Shown here piece by piece: positions 44,561-53,628 of a stretch of 64,000 nt of DNA. The notes under the pieces are model-generated. The model saw only the letters and a program-made list of their open reading frames with translations. It was not told the origin of the DNA and searched no databases. Within the stretch, counting starts at the first letter, position 1, and each line of letters begins with the position of its first letter. The stretch comes from a virus (taxonomy: Duplodnaviria > Caudoviricetes), in IMG/VR virus record IMGVR_UViG_3300009130_000022, positions 4,954 through 68,953 of that record; one strand, given 5' to 3'. The position numbers and the translations under genes were made by a program.

Positions 44561-44596
44561 TGTTTTATTGTATGTTTATTTTATGTATTTATCTAG

Positions 44597-47170
44597 TTAG
44601 TCTCTGACTTCTAAAAGCTTTGTATATACTTTATTATCCTGTACTGAAATTAAGTCAGCAAAAACAGCTTCGTCAACTTTTGTGCCTTTGACTATAACTA
44701 TATTGTTTTCCTCTGGGAGTTTGTCTCCGTTCTGACTTTTACAAGTTTCCAGCTTCTTGTTGAAAATGAGAACTTTGGTAATTCCGGTATCGTCTGAAAC
44801 TGATGTTCTCATATATTTGCTACCCTTCCTTGACTTACCTGTATAGGGCTTCTCAAAGATTGTGCCTATAAAGTAACAGGGAGACCTCAGCTCCTTCTCT
44901 TCGACTTCTCTAATCGTTTCTAGCCCTTCTGTTTTGTCTTCGAAAATACTCCTTAGAGTTTTCCCGTGGGTATATCCTAAAAGTTTGTTTTCGTAGTACC
45001 AATTAGCAAAGCTTTCTGATTTTTTGTTTTGATTGTAAATCTTTCTGTATAGCTCAGTATTCCTACGGATAGTTTTAATTCTACTGTCCTTCACTAAAGG
45101 ATTACCTTTTTCGTCTTTTATCTCGCTGTTTAATTCTCTGATTATAGCAACTAAATCATAGTCATACTCTTCGCCTATAGGCATAATTGCCATCTTTTCT
45201 CTTTGGGTTAGTTTGTTCCAAAGTTGAGCTTCGTAAACGACTTTAGTTCTGGTTTGTTTGAAGCCTTCTAGCGCACCAGCTTGTATAAGCGGGCACAAAA
45301 CAGGAAGCGTAACGCCAGCTTCATTCGCTGCTTGAAATATCTCAAACTTATTTGAGTATTCCTGTCTAAAGTTCATTAATTTTTCAACCGATTTATCAGA
45401 AATCCCTTTAATAGACAAAAGACCAAACCGAATGTTATCTCCCTCAATTTTAAAATCTAAATCAGACTTAATGATGTGAGGAGGGAGAAGCTTTATGTTA
45501 AAAATGTCTAGCTCCCTTTCAATTTTTGAAATTTCGCTGATTGGGTCAGGCTCGTGTCTTGTCATCTTTAACAAAGACAAGAAAAACTCCTTCGGGTACT
45601 TGAACTTGAGATAAATCGTAGAAGCAGCAAGAGACGCATAAGCTATAGAGTGAGATTTATTAAAAGAATAATTAGCAGAATCCTCTAAAACCTTCCATAG
45701 CACATCTCCTACATCCACCGAACCTTTGGTTCCAAGCCACTCAGACGAAAGCCTGTTTTTTTCTACTTTTTCCCGAATTTTCTTTTTCCATTGTCTAACT
45801 TCTTTTACTTTCTTTTTGCCTACTATTCGTCTTAGTATTTCAGACTCATCAAGGGTGAAGCCGACTTTGTTAGCCATGCGCATCATTTGTTCTTGGTATA
45901 AACAAACACCGCCCGTAGAAGAAAGAATGTCGTCAAAGAAAGGGTGGATGGACTCAGCAACATCATTATTTGTATAATTGGCGTACTGGTCAACAAATGC
46001 TAATGCCCCGGGTCGACCTAGGGCCAAAACAGCACTTAACTCCTCTAAATTTCTTGGTTTGACTTTCTGGCAAACTCTAAAGTTAGTATCCGCCTCTATT
46101 TGAAACAAACCATGAGGCGCTTTTAGGTCTTGAAGTTGCTGATATATAAAATTATCATCTAGATCAATATCTTCTATCTCTATATTTATCTCTTTGCAAG
46201 CGTTGTCTACAACAGAAACGCTTCTTAGCCCTAGTATATCAAGCTTGATGTTGGTAAGAGAAACCCAGTTCATGTCAAATCCAGAAACAGGGTTCTTATC
46301 TGATGATAATTCAGTAGGACATGAGTTATCGAGTTTATCATAAGAAAGCAAAATGCCAGACGGGTGAACTCCTTTATTTTTTATCAAGTTACGGAGCTTA
46401 AGCGCTATATTGTATACTTCCTCATTGTCTTTGAACCAACTGTCTAGATCTTTGACGTCATCTCTAGCTTTGTCTAAAGGCGCAACCTGACCGAAAACTT
46501 TGGGTATCATGCTGGACACCGTGTTCATTTCCGTTTCGGATTTGCTTCCTGCTATCTTGCCGCATTCTTTTATTAAAAGTTTGCTGCTTAAGGTGTTTAG
46601 GGTTAAAATTTTGGAGGTCTTACCTTTGAATTTCTTTTCTAGGTACTCGAGTACTTTTTGTCTTTGGTAGTAGCAAACGTCTATATCAACATCGCACATC
46701 AAGTTACCATCTAAATACGTTATGCCGTCAACGACTTGTTTTTTGGCTCTTGTTTTGGATATGAACCTTTCAAAATACAAGTTATATTTTATAGGGTCTA
46801 TTTTGGTTACTCCTATTAGGTACAGAACAAGGCTGCCCGCTGCAGATCCTCTCCCAAGGCCAATAGGTATATCATTGCTCTTGCAGAAATTAATAACGTC
46901 CCAGACCAATAACATATAATCAGTAAACCCTAGCTCGTTAATTGTCGCTAGCTCGTGTCTGGCTCTTTTAACGTACTCTTTAAAATGGTCAGCATCGACC
47001 TTCGACTTTATTTCTTTAATTCCTTCGTTACAGAGAGAGTTTAAGAAGCTTAAGTTGTCATTTCCTAGGACTTTTATGCCTATATTCTTATTGGGTTTGA
47101 AGTTAGGCAATCTAACCCCATGAATATTTAGGTCTAAATCTATAAATTTCTCTGCTAGTTTACTCATCAC
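44597..47170 (-). CDS. dnaE: DNA polymerase III alpha (family C) lacking PHP domain
   Basis: GRGSAAGSL, FERF, DVDID, HPSG, KLDILGL, YQEQ, YSFNKSH, OB fold. Confidence 0.93.
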   Translation of the reverse strand: MMSKLAEKFIDLDLNIHGVRLPNFKPNKNIGIKVLGNDNLSFLNSLCNEGIKEIKSKVDADHFKEYVKRARHELATINELGFTDYMLLVWDVINFCKSNDIPIGLGRGSAAGSLVLYLIGVTKIDPIKYNLYFERFISKTRAKKQVVDGITYLDGNLMCDVDIDVCYYQRQKVLEYLEKKFKGKTSKILTLNTLSSKLLIKECGKIAGSKSETEMNTVSSMIPKVFGQVAPLDKARDDVKDLDSWFKDNEEVYNIALKLRNLIKNKGVHPSGILLSYDKLDNSCPTELSSDKNPVSGFDMNWVSLTNIKLDILGLRSVSVVDNACKEINIEIEDIDLDDNFIYQQLQDLKAPHGLFQIEADTNFRVCQKVKPRNLEELSAVLALGRPGALAFVDQYANYTNNDVAESIHPFFDDILSSTGGVCLYQEQMMRMANKVGFTLDESEILRRIVGKKKVKEVRQWKKKIREKVEKNRLSSEWLGTKGSVDVGDVLWKVLEDSANYSFNKSHSIAYASLAASTIYLKFKYPKEFFLSLLKMTRHEPDPISEISKIERELDIFNIKLLPPHIIKSDLDFKIEGDNIRFGLLSIKGISDKSVEKLMNFRQEYSNKFEIFQAANEAGVTLPVLCPLIQAGALEGFKQTRTKVVYEAQLWNKLTQREKMAIMPIGEEYDYDLVAIIRELNSEIKDEKGNPLVKDSRIKTIRRNTELYRKIYNQNKKSESFANWYYENKLLGYTHGKTLRSIFEDKTEGLETIREVEEKELRSPCYFIGTIFEKPYTGKSRKGSKYMRTSVSDDTGITKVLIFNKKLETCKSQNGDKLPEENNIVIVKGTKVDEAVFADLISVQDNKVYTKLLEVRD

Positions 47171-47366
47171 AGCTTTCCATAGCGCCCTCTATATCTAAAC
47201 GGTGCAAAACTTTTTTTAATGTCGTTACCGTATGTTTTTTCGATAACTTGTAGCAAACGTTGGCATTGTTTTTTCTTTCGCCTCTGGAGATGACAACCAT
47301 AAAGTAATCCAAATTATCCTCTTCCAGCTTACCTTTTAAATCCTCTAAATAATCTAAAGAAGGCAT
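47160..47366 (-). CDS. Hypothetical protein
   Basis: Coupled ORF in replication cluster. Confidence 0.65.
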   Translation of the reverse strand: MPSLDYLEDLKGKLEEDNLDYFMVVISRGERKNNANVCYKLSKKHTVTTLKKVLHRLDIEGAMESCDE

Positions 47367-47367
47367 A

Positions 47368-48024
47368 TTAAATGTCGGTTTGAAGTTTTAGCTTGTTCCA
47401 GACCTTGATATTGAGTTGCAGGTCTGACAATGCGTCATGTAATGTGTCATAATCATGATCAATGTCGTACTCTTTGCCTAGGGACTCCAAATTGCTTTTT
47501 ACCCTTTTTTTCTTGGTGTTCATTATCTTGTATTGATAAAGAAGCAATTCTTCACGCGAAACGCTTCCGTTTCTTCTTCTGAAAGGTATTTCGTACTTAA
47601 TTCCTCGGGCCAAACAGTTGGTATCGATAATCTTCTCTACTAGATGTCCGTAATCCCTACCCATAAAATCGTAGTAGCCTTTCAATAAATAAATATCAAA
47701 CCCCAAAAAATTATGACCTACTATATAGTCGCACTCATCAAACCAAGGACTCATTTGTTCAAAGGCTTTTTCGTGATCTATACATCTCTTCCTAAAATTG
47801 TTTTCGCTGTATTTGGTGATTCTAGCTGCCTCTTTGCCTATCTTTAGGTGCGTTTTCCATTTAATATACAGATCCAAAGATTCAATTATCTTATTACCTT
47901 TGACTTTTATGAGTCCGGCTTGCCATGGCCTGTTATGCGAGAAGCTAAGGCATAAATTGTAAGTCTCGAAATCGCAAAATACGAAAGTGCTTTTTTTGTC
48001 GAATCTTAATAAATTTTTATCCAT
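47368..48024 (-). CDS. DEDDh 3'-5' exonuclease (DnaQ-like)
   Basis: CDFET, HNFLGFD, HDALSD. Confidence 0.88.
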   Translation of the reverse strand: MDKNLLRFDKKSTFVFCDFETYNLCLSFSHNRPWQAGLIKVKGNKIIESLDLYIKWKTHLKIGKEAARITKYSENNFRKRCIDHEKAFEQMSPWFDECDYIVGHNFLGFDIYLLKGYYDFMGRDYGHLVEKIIDTNCLARGIKYEIPFRRRNGSVSREELLLYQYKIMNTKKKRVKSNLESLGKEYDIDHDYDTLHDALSDLQLNIKVWNKLKLQTDI

Positions 48025-48781
48025 TAGCTAGCTCCTTCCAGCTTTCCAAACAAAAAGTATCTGAACACATGTTGTTAAGCTCTGGTTTTTCTAAAGTGCT
48101 TCTATTGTTTATGCATCTAAAAGTAAGATACGCTTTGAAATCGGCTTTGTCTTTATAGAAGACACTTTTACAAGCTTTGGTCTCGTAGTCATATTCTTGT
48201 ATATAGTTATTTACAAGCGACAATAGAACTTTGTCGTATGGAAGGTTGTTGTCCTCTGTAAAAAATAATGGATTGTTAAAACTAAAGTTAGGTATGCAGT
48301 TCCTGCTGGAGAAATTGTTATAATAGATAAAAGAGTCATAAAAAGGAACCGCTAAAATCAGATCATCATTCGACCAGAGCCTTTTTAATTGCTTAAAGTC
48401 CGTCCTCGGCTCGTAGTAAAATCCGTCTTTCGCGGCCTGACTGTATATTTTAATGAGTCTTTGGTATCCTTTTTTATTCTTGCATAAGATTATATATTTG
48501 GAAGATGTGCTAATAGAGTCTTCGTTTTTGACCGAGATGTCTTCGCAAACCGTCATACGGACTCCGAAAACTAGCTTTATTCCTACTTCTTTTAGGTTAG
48601 AATAAGCCTCCAGAAAGCCTCCCATACAATCATCGACCAAAAAAACCTCCTCAAATTCGTTTTCCTTGGCTATGTCCACTATAGAATCGGGGCCATCGTC
48701 AACCGAAACCCCTTCTTTTTCGAGAGTAAGGATGCTTCTGCCTAAAGAATAATGGCTTTTGAAAATAGGAACCAAATCCAT
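48017..48781 (-). CDS. Stand-alone PHP domain of Pol III alpha
   Basis: KSHYSLGRSIL, LVFG, ILCKNKKGYQRLIKIYS, YYEPR. Confidence 0.85.
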   Translation of the reverse strand: MDLVPIFKSHYSLGRSILTLEKEGVSVDDGPDSIVDIAKENEFEEVFLVDDCMGGFLEAYSNLKEVGIKLVFGVRMTVCEDISVKNEDSISTSSKYIILCKNKKGYQRLIKIYSQAAKDGFYYEPRTDFKQLKRLWSNDDLILAVPFYDSFIYYNNFSSRNCIPNFSFNNPLFFTEDNNLPYDKVLLSLVNNYIQEYDYETKACKSVFYKDKADFKAYLTFRCINNRSTLEKPELNNMCSDTFCLESWKELANG

Positions 48782-48787
48782 TTCGAA

Positions 48788-48816
48788 ATCTTAGTTGAGT
48801 CGGGGTCTTAAGTCAA
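48788..48816 (-). promoter_or_regulatory. sigma70-like promoter (leaderless)
   Basis: TTGACT-17(taagaccccgactcaac)-TAAGAT. Confidence 0.85.
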
Positions 48817-48818
48817 GC

Positions 48819-49793
48819 TTAAAAGTCGAATAAATCGTCTATGTCGTCTTTTTGTTGGTGGGCTGGGCAACCCGTGTAGTGCATTATCTTAACCTTTTCT
48901 CCTTTTTTGGGTTTCCTGAGTTGAGGCTTTTTCAACGAGCGGGCTACGACTTCGCCCTTTTTATTAACTATTTGATAATATGTAAAAGCATCCAAATACG
49001 GGCATCTCCATGTTTTGCCAGCCTTGCACATCCAAGAAGATTTTCCGTCTTTGGCGTAGTTTGACTTAGCGTCTTCTTCTGTAAAAGAGTTTATTTGTTT
49101 ATAGCAGCTTTCTAAAAAGTATTCAAATCCTTCAAGTTGTTCGTCTGTATACTTGCAGTGTTGTTGGGCTGACTTAGGGAACCTTAAAAACAAAAACTCT
49201 ATAAATGGTTTATATTTCGGCCAAAGCTTTTTAGCTGCTAAAGAATACGCCATCGCCTGTATGTTTGCTGTCAGCTCTTCTCCTCTAAATTTATATTTGC
49301 TGCTTTTGTAATCAACTATCTTTATTTGTTTCTCTTTACCGTACATTATGGGTTTATCCATAAAGCCACGGATTTTGTATTTAGGGTTTTTGCTTTCGAT
49401 AAGAAATTCTTTTTCTGGGTCTACTATTTCCCCTCCTTCTCCAAAAAAGTCGTTTCTGAGGCCAACTATGATCATTTTATTCATTAACTCATAATTTTCC
49501 TCGGATGACATCGGTAAACTATGGAGTTTTTGATACATTTTAAGATGTTTTGTTACAAGTTTGTTAACTGATTTACTTCCTTGTAAGTTATTGCCATCTA
49601 GTATTAATTTTTTGTGATGGCGATGCTTGTCTTTTAAGAGAAGCTCAAAAACTAAATGGGCTATTGTCCCTCTTAATGCTCCTTCGTTCTGTCTTTGCGG
49701 TATTTTAAGTTCGTAATTGCAGTAATACGACCAAGAACAGGTTTCTAGCGTCTTAATTCTAGAAGCAGAAAGAACTTTTTCTTTTTTGTTCAT
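48819..49793 (-). CDS. PD-(D/E)XK nuclease (RecB/AddB-like)
   Basis: LSASRI..C, GTIAH, EKEF, RGFMDK, IVDYKSS, Q..Y. Confidence 0.85.
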   Translation of the reverse strand: MNKKEKVLSASRIKTLETCSWSYYCNYELKIPQRQNEGALRGTIAHLVFELLLKDKHRHHKKLILDGNNLQGSKSVNKLVTKHLKMYQKLHSLPMSSEENYELMNKMIIVGLRNDFFGEGGEIVDPEKEFLIESKNPKYKIRGFMDKPIMYGKEKQIKIVDYKSSKYKFRGEELTANIQAMAYSLAAKKLWPKYKPFIEFLFLRFPKSAQQHCKYTDEQLEGFEYFLESCYKQINSFTEEDAKSNYAKDGKSSWMCKAGKTWRCPYLDAFTYYQIVNKKGEVVARSLKKPQLRKPKKGEKVKIMHYTGCPAHQQKDDIDDLFDF

Positions 49794-50383
49794 CTCCAAA
49801 CAGGGCCACCAATCCAGCAAACCAAAGAATATCTAGTGCCGGATAGTAAGGGCTCCACCTTGTGGAGAAGAAAAGACGGAAAGATAATCACGTTTCCTTG
49901 GGATTTATCAGGAACCATAAAGGTTCCGTTGTTAATCACCAAATCACCCCCATTGTAGTCCGATGGATTGCTTAACTGGACAACTATGCTTAATTTTCTT
50001 CCATTCTGATCAGGGCCGATATCGGGGTGCCAATTATAATGTTTGCCTTTCCCTTCGTATTCTGTGAATTGCAGATTTTCAGTAAATCCGTATAGGTCTA
50101 GTTTAAATAAGGCATCATTAGCTTCTAGAGCCATGCGGGCCAGTTCGTCTTTTAGCCAGTCTATTTTAGGGTCATTTAGATCTATCCATCTTATAGTGCT
50201 GTCTCTTACGTCTGGAGGCGCATCGTCATTGGATGAAAAAATTGTGCCTTTTTCCTGTGGATAGCTTTTCCCTATATTAATAATCGACGTGCACTGATAT
50301 GGAGAGAAGCCGTTTTCAAACCAATAATGACTTAATAGCTCTTTACCTTTGTCTTGTTCGTTTGCTCCAAAAAAATTACTCAT
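49790..50383 (-). CDS. 2OG-Fe(II) oxygenase (PKHD/P4H type)
   Basis: QFTEY, WHPD, RKLS, Y.GG.L, FPSF..H.V.P, R.SLV.W. Confidence 0.9.
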   Translation of the reverse strand: MSNFFGANEQDKGKELLSHYWFENGFSPYQCTSIINIGKSYPQEKGTIFSSNDDAPPDVRDSTIRWIDLNDPKIDWLKDELARMALEANDALFKLDLYGFTENLQFTEYEGKGKHYNWHPDIGPDQNGRKLSIVVQLSNPSDYNGGDLVINNGTFMVPDKSQGNVIIFPSFLLHKVEPLLSGTRYSLVCWIGGPVWR

Positions 50384-51279
50384 AATTCAAAAAATGTTTT
50401 TATTTTATTTATCGGCATCTCGCCAAAGTCATTATATCCAGAAGGTAGCCTAATTTCTACTTGGTTTGGGTCAAAGTATTTCAAAAGCCTTCTTTTTGCT
50501 TTTTCCGCAGCTATGTTTCCTCTGTTATTGTTGTTTGCATCGTTGTTGAAAGATATTGTTATCTTGTCGACGTCCATTCTGAGTAATTGATTTAAGATTT
50601 CTAAACCTATTTCTAAGCCAAAGGTAACAATAGCGTACTTAATCCCAGATTCCCAGAGCGCAAGCATATCTCCGATGCTTTCTATTAAGATAACTTTGTT
50701 TGCTTCCTTTATTATTTTGTAGTTCTCTTGGAGCGGGTACTTCCAAGAAGCCTTGTTTCCTAAATGCTTCCATTTTATCTTACTTTTTCCTGTAACATCT
50801 CTGCCCGTAAAGCCTATAATGTCGCGAGAAGAGTTAAATACGGGAAAAACGTAGCGCCCTTTCATTTTACCTTCTGTTACGATACCGCCTTTAAATCTAC
50901 TCACAGTTTCTTGAGATATCCCTCTTTCTGTCCAGTATTTATGGATAGGCTTTATTTCTTTTAAATTGTCCACGGGGAATATCTTGCTTTGTCTTATTTC
51001 GGGCCTATTCCCGGTTTCGGGCTTTGAAAGCGTAATTTGCTTCTTCGAGATCCATTGCTGGGCTTGTCTATAGTCTAATTTGAGCGTTATCTTTATTAAA
51101 TCCGTTAAAGAGCCCCTTATTCCGGCGCTGTAATCGTTAAAATAGCCGTTTTTCTTGTTGACCTGCAGAGAAGTGCTATTATTAGACTCTCTGTATATTG
51201 GGCGCATTCGATAGTCTTTTCCGTGGTCGCGAATGTTCTCGTACCCTAAATCGACTAAAATATCTCTTACGCTAGACAT
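50380..51279 (-). CDS. dnaG: DNA primase (TOPRIM)
   Basis: RYVFP, GFTGR, LIESIGD, NDFGEM; adjacent to helicase. Confidence 0.85.
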   Translation of the reverse strand: MSSVRDILVDLGYENIRDHGKDYRMRPIYRESNNSTSLQVNKKNGYFNDYSAGIRGSLTDLIKITLKLDYRQAQQWISKKQITLSKPETGNRPEIRQSKIFPVDNLKEIKPIHKYWTERGISQETVSRFKGGIVTEGKMKGRYVFPVFNSSRDIIGFTGRDVTGKSKIKWKHLGNKASWKYPLQENYKIIKEANKVILIESIGDMLALWESGIKYAIVTFGLEIGLEILNQLLRMDVDKITISFNNDANNNNRGNIAAEKAKRRLLKYFDPNQVEIRLPSGYNDFGEMPINKIKTFFEL

Positions 51280-51353
51280 TTCAATTTCCCATTTTGTGAT
51301 TTTTAGTGTATACTGGAAACCTCTTCCCGCTCGGGAAAAAATTCGATTTTTTT

Positions 51354-52859
51354 CTAAATGATATCGCCGTCATCGTCATCATTTGGGTTTTGGTCCTCTA
51401 GGGTGTGCTGATCCCTTTGTCTTTCTACTATTGTTTGTAGCGACCCCATCTCCTCACAGTCAAAATTATCCACGGTAAAATTTAAATAATTATATACGTA
51501 TCTCTCTGAACCGTCTGCTGTTACTCTTCTTACTAGGTCTTGGTGCCCTGCGGCGTCCCTTCCTTGAAATCTAGATTTAATAGTCACAAGTTTATGAGTC
51601 CCGAACTCTTCTCCGTCTAAGGCCATCTCGTCCAAGGTTTTCCTTCTGAATATGCCAACATAGCTAGAGAACCACTGAAGTCTATCAGATAAGGCTATTA
51701 CAGAGCTATCGTCAACCACTTGATCGCCGCTTCTGTTGTGGCTCTCTCCTTGTCGGTTAAGTTGCATAGCGGTTATTATTGGGCAATTAAGTTCCTCCGA
51801 GAGTCTTTTGAGTTTGTCTATTTTTTCTCCTATTGCTTGGTACTCGGCCCAGTTTCTCTCTACTTTCTCACCAGTGAGTTTAACATAGTCATAACCTATG
51901 ATACACGGATTCCCGCGACCCACGTTTCTGTAATACCAACGCTTAACCGTGTTGCAAACTTGATCTATGTCCTTGTTGCCAACATGAAAATGGGTATAGT
52001 CAAAGTCTTTTATGCTGTTAAGGGCCTCCCTGACTTTGCCCATCATTTCTTTATTTTTTCTCCAGTTTCCTGTCTCCAGATACCAAACGGGAACGCCAGA
52101 GATAGCGGCAGTCATTCTGAACTGCATCTCCTCTTTGCTCATTTCGGTATCTAAAATAAGAGCTTTGATTTTATTTTTTACGGATGTTTTAAAAAGAACA
52201 TCATTTATCCAAGTAGTTTTTCCCTGTCCCGGTCTTGAGGCTATTGCATAAAGGTTACCCGGCCTAAATCCTCCGTAAAGCCTGTTAAATTCGTTATAAG
52301 GTGTTAAGTGTCCAGAGTCATCTTTGGGTTTGTTCCCTCTCTCTTCTATTAAGTCGTCTATATCTTCAAAAAGGTTGGATGGCTCAGTTTCTCCAACATA
52401 CTCATAGATTTTATCACTGTATATTTTGTCAGCACCGGATATAAACTCAGAAAGCTTTGTCTCCCCTGTCTTTCTTGAATAATCTATTAATTGTTTTCCT
52501 GTTTGTTCTGTGTTTCTCCTAACTGTTAGCTTAGTTAATTCTTTAGCTGATTCTATTGTGTGCTTCTTTGTGATCTGAGAGAAGGCGATGCTTTTAACGT
52601 AGCTGAAGATATCTATGTCGTCTTTGAACGATATACCCAAGTTGTCTATCTTTTGAGCTAAAATTACTTCATCTAACTTGTTGTTAGAGAATTCGCCATC
52701 TAGTAATATTGATCTTATTACCTTAAAGATGGTGGAGTGAGCCTCGCTATAAAAGTCTTCGTGAGTTACGAAGCCATCAAGCTCAAAGAAACAAGAAGGA
52801 TGATTTATTATCCCCCCTAAAACGTGTTTTTCTATTCTTAAAGAGTAAATTGTAGACAT
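51354..52859 (-). CDS. dnaB: Replicative helicase DnaB
   Basis: ASRPGQGKT, DTEM, DYVKL, QLNR, DSS. Confidence 0.92.
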   Translation of the reverse strand: MSTIYSLRIEKHVLGGIINHPSCFFELDGFVTHEDFYSEAHSTIFKVIRSILLDGEFSNNKLDEVILAQKIDNLGISFKDDIDIFSYVKSIAFSQITKKHTIESAKELTKLTVRRNTEQTGKQLIDYSRKTGETKLSEFISGADKIYSDKIYEYVGETEPSNLFEDIDDLIEERGNKPKDDSGHLTPYNEFNRLYGGFRPGNLYAIASRPGQGKTTWINDVLFKTSVKNKIKALILDTEMSKEEMQFRMTAAISGVPVWYLETGNWRKNKEMMGKVREALNSIKDFDYTHFHVGNKDIDQVCNTVKRWYYRNVGRGNPCIIGYDYVKLTGEKVERNWAEYQAIGEKIDKLKRLSEELNCPIITAMQLNRQGESHNRSGDQVVDDSSVIALSDRLQWFSSYVGIFRRKTLDEMALDGEEFGTHKLVTIKSRFQGRDAAGHQDLVRRVTADGSERYVYNYLNFTVDNFDCEEMGSLQTIVERQRDQHTLEDQNPNDDDDGDII

Positions 52860-52881
52860 AACTCAGCAAAGAGCAATGTGT

Positions 52882-52910
52882 AGTCTAAACTAGCCGGGGT
52901 ATTTTGTCAA
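52882..52910 (-). promoter_or_regulatory. sigma70-like promoter
   Basis: TTGACA-17(aaataccccggctagtt)-TAGACT. Confidence 0.85.
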
Positions 52911-53197
52911 ATTAAATCTAGCCCTTCGTCTTCGTCGTCGGGAAAAAGAATATCTTCGTCATCGATATCAGCCTCAGACAGAGAATCAAGGGTAGATTTA
53001 GTGCTCAGATTATGTAACGCTTCAGACCAGCTCGCCACGAACATTTGCAAAGCCATAGCGTCTTTATTTGTGTCAAATTTTGTATGTACACAAGGGTTTC
53101 CTTTATCGTCGTAGGTAAAAAGAGCAAAGCCTCCGGAAGAAAATTCATTTAGCTGTTGCAAAACTGAGTTCGGCATTTTGAAGCCTTGGCTTTCCAT
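52907..53197 (-). CDS. Hypothetical protein with acidic tail
   Basis: 96-aa ORF. Confidence 0.7.
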   Translation of the reverse strand: MESQGFKMPNSVLQQLNEFSSGGFALFTYDDKGNPCVHTKFDTNKDAMALQMFVASWSEALHNLSTKSTLDSLSEADIDDEDILFPDDEDEGLDLI

Positions 53198-53214
53198 GTT
53201 ATATATTACACAGA

Positions 53215-53628
53215 TTATATGGATATATCAAACTTTTCCTTTATGAACTCTTCGGTTAGGAAATCTACTTCGTCGTATTCTACTGTTATCACTTCAAATC
53301 CGTTCTTTTCTAGCCACTCTTCTTTTTTTACGTCTCTGCTTATGGATTGAAAATACCCGTATCTAGAGTTGTGAAAAAATTTATTGTATGAACCGTGTTG
53401 TTGGCCGTTTACCTCTACCGCTATGAATTTAGTAACATTAACAATGTCTACTTTCATTCTGGTTCCAAACACAGGGAACTCTTCGTATACTATATGTTTT
53501 TCCCAAAAAGGTTTGAGGAACTGCTTTACTTTAAATTGAAGATTAGACCTTGATTTTTTATCCCAGTCTATCAGGTAACGAGAGACGTTTTTATTAACCT
53601 GTCTCCCTCTGATGTTGTAAAGCCTCAA
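53215..53628 (-). CDS. Vsr/DUF559-like endonuclease
   Basis: EEFP, VD, AVEVNGQQH, RD..K..W. Confidence 0.75.
   Translation of the reverse strand: MRLYNIRGRQVNKNVSRYLIDWDKKSRSNLQFKVKQFLKPFWEKHIVYEEFPVFGTRMKVDIVNVTKFIAVEVNGQQHGSYNKFFHNSRYGYFQSISRDVKKEEWLEKNGFEVITVEYDEVDFLTEEFIKEKFDISI

Noticed and set aside
48819-49793. Cas4 call
   Set aside because: No CRISPR context; sits in the replication/recombination operon, so RecB/AddB-like is preferred
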